Shown here: positions 42,031-50,499 of the stretch, piece by piece
How the letters are laid out: every line of letters begins with the position of its first letter
How positions within the stretch are numbered: the stretch's first letter is position 1
NCBI GenBank assembly: GCA_963847185.1
Contig: CAWJYV010000003.1
Span: 13,834 to 77,833, forward strand
Length of the DNA: 64,000 bases
Reading direction: 5' to 3'
Source: an uncultured Methanosarcinaceae archaeon
GTDB taxonomy: Archaea; Halobacteriota; Methanosarcinia; Methanosarcinales; Methanosarcinaceae
Translations under genes and position numbers: made by a program
Notes under the pieces: model-generated
Databases searched by the model: none
Told to the model about the DNA's origin: nothing
What the model saw: only the letters and a program-made list of their open reading frames with translations

Positions 42031-42559
42031 ATACAAAATCTTACTATAACCCCAAACAGACAACCAGTACTCATGCGAACAGACCAAAAAAGACCTATGA
42101 AGTACCGCAACACCTGGAACCATAAACTGCAAATCAGGGTCGGGAGCATTAAATACCCACAACACACCAACCACCAATTTACTATATCTACCACAACATA
42201 TATCTATCACAAAATGGTTCCGGCCCTGGTGCAGCTAAGGAAATTTTATATTTTTTTAATTTCAGGCCTTAATGCATCTACTTTTAGAAAATTGAATTTT
42301 GTTTTTATATAAACTGAATTAACCCTCAAATTGATCAATCTTTAACTGGATCTATCTTTTAATTCTGATTATTTCTAAACTCATAATAATTCATGTAAGG
42401 TTTGAGAAATATATTTAACGGCGAGTACCTTTTTATTAAATAGGATAAATAAATTAAAGCAACAGATCAAGCTCAAATGCTTAAATATGGACTTAAATAT
42501 CGTCAAACAGCGAGTAAATTTGGGGAGAAAATTCAGCCGCTGGCAAAAGGGGAATAGAC

Positions 42560-43183
42560 ATGCTAAACCAGAATCCTGCAGATCTGCCAATGAAAGTTAA
42601 ACTGCCTGACCCGGAATTTTCAGGCAGAAGTTGTTTCGAAGAACTCATTGCAAAGCGCCGATCCGTACGAAAATATACCGATAAAAAACTGTCCATGTCA
42701 GTCATTTCACGTTTTCTCTGGGCAGTTCAGGGGATCAGCTCAAAAGACGGTTTAAGGACAGCACCTTCCGCAGGTGCGCTTTACCCGCTTGAAATTCATA
42801 TAGTTACCGGGGAAGGCAACGGGATTGAATCCGGAACTTACAGGTACGTTCCGGATGAACATACCCTTGTCAAGGAGATCACCGGAGATATAAGAGAAAA
42901 ACTTTCAAAAGCTGCTCTTTCCCAGCCTATGATTAAAAACGCTCCGGTTTCGATTGTGATCTCTGCAGTTTACCCGAGGATAACGAGCAAATACGGAAAA
43001 AGAGGCCTTATGTACACCCATATGGAAGCAGGACATGCTGCGCAGAACGTATACCTTCTGGGGGCAGAACTCGGAATAGGAACCTGTGCAATCGGAGCTT
43101 TTGAAGATGAAGAGGTAAGAAAAGCGCTTAAACTACCAGCAAATGAAGAACCTTTCTATATCCTGCCCCTGGGGTACATCTAA
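42560..43183 (+). CDS. SagB/ThcOx-type nitroreductase family protein
   Basis: RRSVRKY, RTAPSAGALYP, EAGHAAQN and IGAFED motifs. Confidence 0.9.
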   Translation: MLNQNPADLPMKVKLPDPEFSGRSCFEELIAKRRSVRKYTDKKLSMSVISRFLWAVQGISSKDGLRTAPSAGALYPLEIHIVTGEGNGIESGTYRYVPDEHTLVKEITGDIREKLSKAALSQPMIKNAPVSIVISAVYPRITSKYGKRGLMYTHMEAGHAAQNVYLLGAELGIGTCAIGAFEDEEVRKALKLPANEEPFYILPLGYI

Positions 43184-43241
43184 AATCTTCTAATTTCTTA
43201 ACATTTCGTTGAAGCTTCGATAAGATATAAGCTAAAAGGAA

Positions 43242-43970
43242 TCAGATATTTCTTCTCATTTTAGGACTTATCTCATCGTTTTCTCTTATCAGCCTGCCAT
43301 CTGAATAAAGATAAATTGCAAGCTCACCTGTAGAGAACTTAACGTCTCTGATGTCTTTGTCAAAGATGTCTTCTATGTATTTGACCAGAGCTCTCAGACT
43401 GCTCTGGTGAGCACAGACAAGTATATTTTTTCCATCTTTTAATGCAGGCAGAATATTCTGCTCGAAATAGGGGACTGCACGCTCATAGACGGCTTTGAGG
43501 CTTTCCCCTTCAGGAGGACCGGGCTCAAAATCCCACCGCCAGGAGGCGAGCTTTTCTGCCCCGTATTTTTCCTCCATTTTCTGTTTTTTCCTGCCCTGGA
43601 CTTTCCCATAATAGCGCTCGTTCAAAGCAGCTGTTGTATAAACAGGAATAAGTTCTTTACCAAGCTTTTCGGGATAGGAATACCATTCGATCTTTTCTGC
43701 CGTTTTCTCTGAATCCCCCTCGTTACCTGTCATTTCATGGACAAGAACCCCTGTCTTTTTCTGCCTGGATAGTATGATAAAAAGTGTTTCCTGCGTACGG
43801 ATAAGGTTTGAGGCAAAAGCAAGATCCAGTTCAATATTTTCAAGCTCGACAGCACATTCAAGAGCCTCTTCAATTCCTTCTCTGCTGAGAGAAACATCCA
43901 CCCAGCCTGCGAGTACTTCCCCGGGCTTTAAACCGGGTTCTCCGTGCCTGACCAGTATAAGATAACTCAA
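43242..43970 (-). CDS. gpmA: Cofactor-dependent phosphoglycerate mutase-like histidine phosphatase
   Basis: LVRHGE, LNERYYG, PPEGESL and CAHQSSLR motifs; atypical active-site loops. Confidence 0.8.
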   Translation of the reverse strand: MSYLILVRHGEPGLKPGEVLAGWVDVSLSREGIEEALECAVELENIELDLAFASNLIRTQETLFIILSRQKKTGVLVHEMTGNEGDSEKTAEKIEWYSYPEKLGKELIPVYTTAALNERYYGKVQGRKKQKMEEKYGAEKLASWRWDFEPGPPEGESLKAVYERAVPYFEQNILPALKDGKNILVCAHQSSLRALVKYIEDIFDKDIRDVKFSTGELAIYLYSDGRLIRENDEISPKMRRNI

Positions 43971-44037
43971 AGAACCACGCCTTATGGGTATATACTATAA
44001 TGCAAATTTTTTCCACGGGATTTTCAAGCTAAATCAA

Positions 44038-44724
44038 TCACTTCTTTGATTCGGGTCTGAACTCCAGCTTCGTGCCGTAGAGAAAATGCCACAGGTCACC
44101 CTTTTTATTCATCCTTTCCGCATCGATTGCAGCTCCCTGCCCCTGTATTTCAAACCTGACAATCCCTTTCCCGAATTTTACCTTTCCAAGTCTGCTTTCC
44201 ATCCTGCTGTAATCGAGAGCATCTGCAAGTCGGATGAGGGCAGCCACTTTCAGCGTTAGTGTCTGCAGATCCTCTGGCATTTTCCCAAAATCTTTTTCTT
44301 TAAGCTTCTCTACTTTTTCTTCTCCTACCCTTTTTTTATGCAGAAAAGCCGTCCAGGCGACAACAGGCCTGAGCTGTTCAGGAAGCTCGGAAGGCGGATG
44401 CAGGAGCAAAATGTCTCTTCCTGCTTTGTGATGGTTCTCAAAATCCGTAGCTACCCCTGTATCATGGATAAGTGCAGCTATTTCCACAAGGTTTCGCATT
44501 TCAGAATCCAGCCCATGAATAGAATCAAGAATGTCAAAGAGTTCAAGAGCATTCCTGGCTACGTTATCGGCATGGCTGCGTTCAATTCCGTATATATGAT
44601 AAAGGTCTTCCAGGGGCAGAGGCTCGAGATGGAAATCTTCCTCGTGTTGGTTGTTCCCTGAGACTCCCCCTTTTGAACCTTCATCTATTTGATTGTTTCC
44701 AGAAGGTTTGTTATCCGAATTCAC
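44038..44724 (-). CDS. HD-domain protein resembling the Ppx/GppA C-terminal domain
   Basis: HA..VA..AL.LFD, ALIHDTG, HHK and LIRLADALD motifs. Confidence 0.85.
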   Translation of the reverse strand: MNSDNKPSGNNQIDEGSKGGVSGNNQHEEDFHLEPLPLEDLYHIYGIERSHADNVARNALELFDILDSIHGLDSEMRNLVEIAALIHDTGVATDFENHHKAGRDILLLHPPSELPEQLRPVVAWTAFLHKKRVGEEKVEKLKEKDFGKMPEDLQTLTLKVAALIRLADALDYSRMESRLGKVKFGKGIVRFEIQGQGAAIDAERMNKKGDLWHFLYGTKLEFRPESKK

Positions 44725-44955
44725 ACTAAAACCCTTTCTATTTGTCTTTCTCTATTTGTATTGGTGTTAGATCCACTTAAGCTTATTTTTCAGTCGGGCT
44801 GTAAAGTGAACATCGCCTTTACCAAGTTAACAAACATCTATAAATTTCAGAAATATATTGGAAAAAGGAGCAGTTGTGGAGAATCACGAAGATTTAACAA
44901 ATACCATAGCAGATATTATAATATCAAAATTAATAGATTTAAAGGAGATTTTACT

Positions 44956-46197
44956 CTGGAGATTACCTTTAAAGGCGGATGCAGGGAAGTGGGTCGCTCA
45001 GGTATACTTGTAAACGGGGAAGTACTGCTTGATTACGGGATTAAAGCAGGAGAGATTCCGGAATACCCTCAAAACGGTATGGAACCGAAAATTGTGCTTG
45101 TTTCACACGGGCACCTTGATCACTGCGGGGCTGTTCCTAACCTGATGTACCTGAACCCTGATGTTTTTATGACCCCTCCAACTGCAGAGTTTGCCTTCCT
45201 GCTCGGGAGAGATACCCTCAAACTTGCAGAATCAACGCTTTCAGGGGTAGCTCCTTTTGACCTTGAAGACCTCCATAAGCTTACTAATAGGACTCAAAAA
45301 AAAGACTATGGAGAGATTTTCAAAACCCATGGCTACAGGGCTTGTTTTTACAATGCAGGCCATATCCCCGGAGCGTCTGGAATTTACCTTGAATCAGGAT
45401 CAGGAGAGAGTCTCTTTTATACAGGGGACTTCAACCTTGACGAGACAAGACTTGTACCGGGTGCAGAAAAATTTCCAGAGGCAGACACTCTTATTCTTGA
45501 GAGCACATATTTTGGAGAAGACCATATCCCGCGAAAAGAAACCGAGGAGAGGTTTATAGAATCTATCCTTGATACCCTGGAAATCGGAGGTACTGCCCTT
45601 ATCCCTGCCTTTGCGATAGGCAGGACTCAGGAGATCCTGATGCTGCTCGACGCGCACGGAATCAGGGCTTATGTGGACGGTATGGGCAGAGACGTGTACA
45701 AAATCCTCAAAAAATATCCTGAGTACCTGAGAAATCCGGATCTTCTGGATAGGGCTTTCGGACGTGCTACTTCCGTAAACGATAGGCAGCGAGATTCCGT
45801 TCTCAAAGAACCTTCAGTAATTGTCACTACAGCCGGAATGCTGAACGGAGGGCCTATTATGTATTACCTGAGCCGGCTTTATAAAGATCCTAAATCCAAA
45901 ATCCTGCTCACTGGATACCAGGTTGAAGGTACAAATGGCAGGCTGGCTTTGGAACATAGAATTGTCGAAACGGAAAATGATGTACTTCCCCTCAAGCTAA
46001 AGGTAGAACAGTATGATTTTTCCGCTCACAGCGGAGACAGTGAACTCAGAAAGCTTGTAAAAGATTTCTGTAAAAAGGGTACTGAAAAAGTTTTTGTGAT
46101 GCATGGGGACAAAACCGAAGCTTTTACGCAATGGATTTCAGAAGAAATCGGAGTAGAAGCTTATGCACCAGCAAATGGAGAATCATTCACTTTTTAA
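44956..46197 (+). CDS. MBL-fold beta-CASP ribonuclease, probable CTG start
   Basis: GGCREVGRS, SHGHLDHCG, AGHIPG, YTGD, ESTY, FAIGRTQE, FSAH and MHGD motifs; AAGGAG 8 nt before CTG. Confidence 0.9.
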   Translation: MEITFKGGCREVGRSGILVNGEVLLDYGIKAGEIPEYPQNGMEPKIVLVSHGHLDHCGAVPNLMYLNPDVFMTPPTAEFAFLLGRDTLKLAESTLSGVAPFDLEDLHKLTNRTQKKDYGEIFKTHGYRACFYNAGHIPGASGIYLESGSGESLFYTGDFNLDETRLVPGAEKFPEADTLILESTYFGEDHIPRKETEERFIESILDTLEIGGTALIPAFAIGRTQEILMLLDAHGIRAYVDGMGRDVYKILKKYPEYLRNPDLLDRAFGRATSVNDRQRDSVLKEPSVIVTTAGMLNGGPIMYYLSRLYKDPKSKILLTGYQVEGTNGRLALEHRIVETENDVLPLKLKVEQYDFSAHSGDSELRKLVKDFCKKGTEKVFVMHGDKTEAFTQWISEEIGVEAYAPANGESFTF

Positions 46198-46412
46198 ACT
46201 AGTGGGGCTGAGGACTTTGATTTTAGATTGCCGGTTAATACTTAATAATTCCTTAAAAAGAAGAGGCAAAGTTATTTCTGAAAAGTTCCATCGATATATA
46301 AATATATTTAATAATGTGAAAAAGTTTTTCTGATTTGAAATCAATAAGTGACCTTGACTTAATAAAAACTGAGAGAAAGGCGCAAACGGTGGAATACAGG
46401 AGGAATAATGAA

Positions 46413-46652
46413 GTGCCAATCGTTGAAATTAAAGTAATTGAAGGAGAATTTTCCAAAGAGGATATGAGGAAGCTTATTGCGGATGTTACAGATGTTTTCG
46501 TCTCTTTTCTGGGAGAGAATATGCGTGACAAGGTCTGGGTTATGATTCAGGAAGTTGAAGATGGAAAATTTGGAGTAGGTGGACAGATTATTGAATTGAA
46601 AGATATAAGAGCTATTCAAAATAGTTGTACGGAAAAAGCAGAGGAGTTTTAA
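46413..46652 (+). CDS. 4-oxalocrotonate tautomerase family protein
   Basis: AGGAGG RBS; GTG then catalytic Pro1 (PIVEIK); VWV.IQEV..GKFGVGG. Confidence 0.88.
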   Translation: MPIVEIKVIEGEFSKEDMRKLIADVTDVFVSFLGENMRDKVWVMIQEVEDGKFGVGGQIIELKDIRAIQNSCTEKAEEF

Positions 46653-46703
46653 GGGAGCTTAAAAGGAATTTAGAGGGAGTTAAGGGGAATTCAAACACGA
46701 AAT

Positions 46704-48686
46704 TTAAATTAGGCCTCTTCTCCTTTCACTCCTGTATTCTTCAAAAAGGCTTTGCAGTTCGTCTTCCTTAGCTCGACGGTGCTTTATCTCGGCTTCCTTT
46801 TCCCAGGCAGCAATTGCAGCTTTAAGGCTTTCCGGCTCTGCCATTGCAAAATCTTCAGCCCTTTCAAGAGGAATATTTTTTAAAACCGGCACATCCCCTT
46901 TGAAGAAGGTCTCGTCTGCTGCATGCGAGATGTCCTCAGGGATAATAACTGCCCGAACCCTGGCGTCTACAAGGATTTGAGCTGTAGTAGCTCCGCCCCC
47001 GCTTGGGTTCTCCAGGAAAACAACATCTCCTTCTTTAAGCCCGTATTTCTCTTTTGTTTCGGCAATTGATTCCTTTGTGAAAGCGGCAATAACTTTTACA
47101 GGAGTACCTTCGCCTCGAATTTCCATTTTCTGAATTTTGCGCAGCTTATTGCTCCTGCGCCGAAGTTCTTTTACGGTTTTGTTTTTATGGGTAAGCTCTT
47201 TTTTCAGGTTTTCTATCGTTTCATCCCTTATTCTAATTTCTTTTGACTTCCTGACTTCACTGTAAGCTTCTTTTTTAAAACCGTTTAATCTTGATTCAAG
47301 CTTTGAAATTTTTCTGTCTTTTGCGACCAGCAGTTCTTTTAATTCCTCCAGGTACTCTTGAAGGTTCTGAATCTGCTCACCCTGTCTCTGGATGGTCTCT
47401 CTCATTTTCAAAAGAGCTTCGTCAAGGGGTTTTTCCTCTGGCTTTTCAGGACGCTCAGAAACCCTGGGCTTTTCAGGTGAACCTGATGCTCGGACTTTTT
47501 CGATTGCAGCTTCTATAGAATCTCCGCGAATTACATAAAACTTTACCAGCTCAAGATCTATATTCTCTGGAGCTTTCTTTTCAATTCGAGTAAAGATATT
47601 CTTGTAACTCCTGTATGTGAGAAGAGCCGCAGTCAATGCATCCCTTTCGTGGTCATTGGAATAGCCAAAGGTCTTTCCAAGCGAAATTTTTTCTTCGGCA
47701 GAGACCTCAATTCCAGGACTTGCAGGTACTGCGTTAAAGCTCCGTCGGATTTTTTCTACCGAGCCTGGCATTGGAGTAACATCGCTTGCGATAACTGCGG
47801 GTTTTCCGTATTCGGCAATAAGCTTGACAACTTCATCAGGAGCTATACCCCTGAAGCTTTTTAGATAGAGAAGGTCTCCGTCCAGAGACAGAATGGCTAT
47901 GCCCACGGTAGTGCCAGGATCAAGTCCTACAATTGTGAATTTACGTCTCGGATTTTTCTGTTTAAGAGGGACATAGCGGATTTTATCGCGTTCTACACTT
48001 CTCACAATTACTTGAGCATCGTTACTGGCCATAGGATGTATTGGTATCTCTCCACGCTTTGCATAGACAGTAAATTCAGATCTGACATATCCTCCGAAAC
48101 CTTTTACATTTACGGCTTCGAATCTGATGCCTTTGTCCCTTGAAAGGTCTTTGAGAGCATTTTCAATCTCTCTGCTCCTTTGCAGCACAGCTCCATGTAC
48201 CTTCCTGCGGTATCGATTCTGGCTCCAGCCTCCCCGGCCAAGGGAACGAGCTCTGCTAACTTTGATTTTAGTAATATCTTCAAATAGAGAAACCTCATGT
48301 CCAACCCCAAGGTCTGCCAGACGGGCACAGGCTTCAGCTTCATCATTTGGATTTTCAGGATCAAAAGAGAATCCGTGTTTCCTTGCAATCCGAACAAGCG
48401 GCTCAGGATGTAGCCCCCCTGTGACCTGGACAAGTTTAACACCATCAGGCAAGCGTTCCATAAGAGAAAGGAGTTCGCTTCTGTCAGCAGCAAGCTCAAA
48501 GATGTTGTCAACAGCTATTATCTCAGGCCTGTCTCTCTGGATCATGTTAAAAATTTTCTGGCGACGGAGCATGCTTTGATGAGAGACCTCTCCGTCCTTA
48601 AGGATAGCAAGGGCATACCTTGGAAGTTCCTTTGCCCGGGGAGACCCTCGAGCGATATCTATTCCATAAATAATCCTGTTTTGCAT
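46704..48686 (-). CDS. DUF460 protein (RNase H-like fold + coiled coil)
   Basis: GIDI, GGWSQNRYRR, IVGLDPGTTVG and NDHERDAL motifs. Confidence 0.88.
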   Translation of the reverse strand: MQNRIIYGIDIARGSPRAKELPRYALAILKDGEVSHQSMLRRQKIFNMIQRDRPEIIAVDNIFELAADRSELLSLMERLPDGVKLVQVTGGLHPEPLVRIARKHGFSFDPENPNDEAEACARLADLGVGHEVSLFEDITKIKVSRARSLGRGGWSQNRYRRKVHGAVLQRSREIENALKDLSRDKGIRFEAVNVKGFGGYVRSEFTVYAKRGEIPIHPMASNDAQVIVRSVERDKIRYVPLKQKNPRRKFTIVGLDPGTTVGIAILSLDGDLLYLKSFRGIAPDEVVKLIAEYGKPAVIASDVTPMPGSVEKIRRSFNAVPASPGIEVSAEEKISLGKTFGYSNDHERDALTAALLTYRSYKNIFTRIEKKAPENIDLELVKFYVIRGDSIEAAIEKVRASGSPEKPRVSERPEKPEEKPLDEALLKMRETIQRQGEQIQNLQEYLEELKELLVAKDRKISKLESRLNGFKKEAYSEVRKSKEIRIRDETIENLKKELTHKNKTVKELRRRSNKLRKIQKMEIRGEGTPVKVIAAFTKESIAETKEKYGLKEGDVVFLENPSGGGATTAQILVDARVRAVIIPEDISHAADETFFKGDVPVLKNIPLERAEDFAMAEPESLKAAIAAWEKEAEIKHRRAKEDELQSLFEEYRSERRRGLI

Positions 48687-48825
48687 GAGCGTCTATATTT
48701 TATTTTTTATAGAATATATATTTAACTGAAGACTAGTATTATTACCTGGATCTATTTATTATATTAAGGTCTTTTAGACATCTGGAAATATCTTAAAAAA
48801 GTTCGACAGGCCATCATCAAAAATA

Positions 48826-49647
48826 ATGATAATCATGGACAAAATATCATCAAGAGGGGAAATTGAAACTTTGCTCATTCCATTATTCGGCAAAGCCAGA
48901 GAAAGCGAGAAAAAGTCACCCATACTTGTTGATAAAAAGGCAATTGAGATTATTAGTCAGCTCGATTATGATTTCACATCACTGAAAATTCCTGAAAAGA
49001 CGAATGTCATGATGTGTTTAAGAGCGAAGTTAATCGATAATTTTGTAAAAGATTGTTTTGGCAGAAGTGATGGAAGTGTTGCGCTGCATCTGGGCTGTGG
49101 ACTTGACAGCAGGTATGACAGAATCGGAAATAGCCATGTGGACTGGTACGATGTGGATTTCCCGGAGGTAATTAGTATCCGCAGACGTTTTTATGAGGAA
49201 ACTGATTGCTATCATTTGATAGGATCTTCAGTTACCGAACAGGAATGGATGGAAAAAATACCTTCTGGAAAAAAGAAGTATATTGTTATAGCCGAGGGCT
49301 TGTTTATGTACCTGAAAGAAAATGAAATTAAGCAGCTGGTAAAAAAACTTACGGAAAGGCTGGGAAATTTCACCCTGATCTTTGACGCTTTTAGCACATT
49401 TGCTGCCAGAAAAGTAAAAAACCATCCCTCTATAAAAGAAACAGGCGCAGTTATTCAGTGGGGAGTTGATACTCCGAAAGAACTGGAAAATTGGGGACCT
49501 GAAATTCGATTTGTTGGAGAAAAGTTTTTTACTGCCAATGAAGAAATCGAGAACCTGAGTTTTGGTATCAGGACTGCGTTTAAAATTGCAAATTTATTTC
49601 CCATTGCCAGAAAGGCCCATAGATTGTTAATCTATCAGATTGGCTAA
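48826..49647 (+). CDS. Class I SAM-dependent methyltransferase (LCM/O-methyltransferase type)
   Basis: ETLLIPL, LGCGLDSR, WYDVDFPEV and AEGLFMYL motifs. Confidence 0.9.
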   Translation: MIIMDKISSRGEIETLLIPLFGKARESEKKSPILVDKKAIEIISQLDYDFTSLKIPEKTNVMMCLRAKLIDNFVKDCFGRSDGSVALHLGCGLDSRYDRIGNSHVDWYDVDFPEVISIRRRFYEETDCYHLIGSSVTEQEWMEKIPSGKKKYIVIAEGLFMYLKENEIKQLVKKLTERLGNFTLIFDAFSTFAARKVKNHPSIKETGAVIQWGVDTPKELENWGPEIRFVGEKFFTANEEIENLSFGIRTAFKIANLFPIARKAHRLLIYQIG

Positions 49648-49681
49648 AATTGAACAGATCCACTACAGTTACATAAAATGA

Positions 49682-50110
49682 TTACTTCAATAGCCACGCA
49701 CGCAGGCGAGCAAGGTCAGCATCTACTCTTTTCACGTCAATCACAGAATCAGGATATATCTCCGGATCAGCACTTCGGACCAGGCTACACATTAACCGGG
49801 CCAGTTGATTACCAGGATGCTCTTCATAGAAACTATCAGTACAACACAGGAAATGAATATCGTCTTCCAGCTCCTCTTTAGTCTTTCTGGATAGCTGTGG
49901 CGTATCAGGTACACGCACATATCCATAGTGAATTGAACATTCAATTCCTGTTCTCTTGATTTTACCCTCCTTTTCAAGCTCCTGTAAATACCTTTTGGCA
50001 GTATTCTTTCCACAACCGACATCTTTCACGATTGAAGCTACAGACTTGGAATTTTCAGAATCCAGAACCTCCAGGAAGCTCTCTGGAGAGTATTTTTGGA
50101 AAAGTACCAT
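49682..50110 (-). CDS. HTH-domain hypothetical protein
   Basis: SVASIVKDVGCGKNTAKRYL.ELEKEGKI HTH; ATG at 50110 after AGGAG. Confidence 0.7.
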   Translation of the reverse strand: MVLFQKYSPESFLEVLDSENSKSVASIVKDVGCGKNTAKRYLQELEKEGKIKRTGIECSIHYGYVRVPDTPQLSRKTKEELEDDIHFLCCTDSFYEEHPGNQLARLMCSLVRSADPEIYPDSVIDVKRVDADLARLRAWLLK

Positions 50111-50499
50111 TATCCATTCTCCTAATGTATTGGTTACTATAATAGGGCACATTAAGCCCTGCACTTTGAGTATATTTTATTTAAGATATATAAAATGTTA
50201 TGGACCCCAAAACCTATAAAGAGGATAAATAAAAAGGAGAAATATCAGGTTTCAAGTGAATTTTCCCTCTCATGACGATGTTTTCACATTTTAGGAATAA
50301 TTTCAAATTTATCCATCAGGTTTCAGGGAAATTATACTCCGCAATTTTTCCACACTAGTTATTTAATTGATTTACTGGTCTATTAGGTAAAAACATTTAA
50401 CAGCATATTCAAGAGCCTGTCCAGAAATAAACGAAGAAAGTTTGGACGTACTTAGAATAAAAATGCTTTATATAGAACTAAACAGATAAATAATAACAG

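Noticed and set aside
44689-44955. 89-aa N-terminal extension of the beta-CASP ORF
   Set aside because: AT-rich, overlaps the divergent gene, and the RBS points to 44956.
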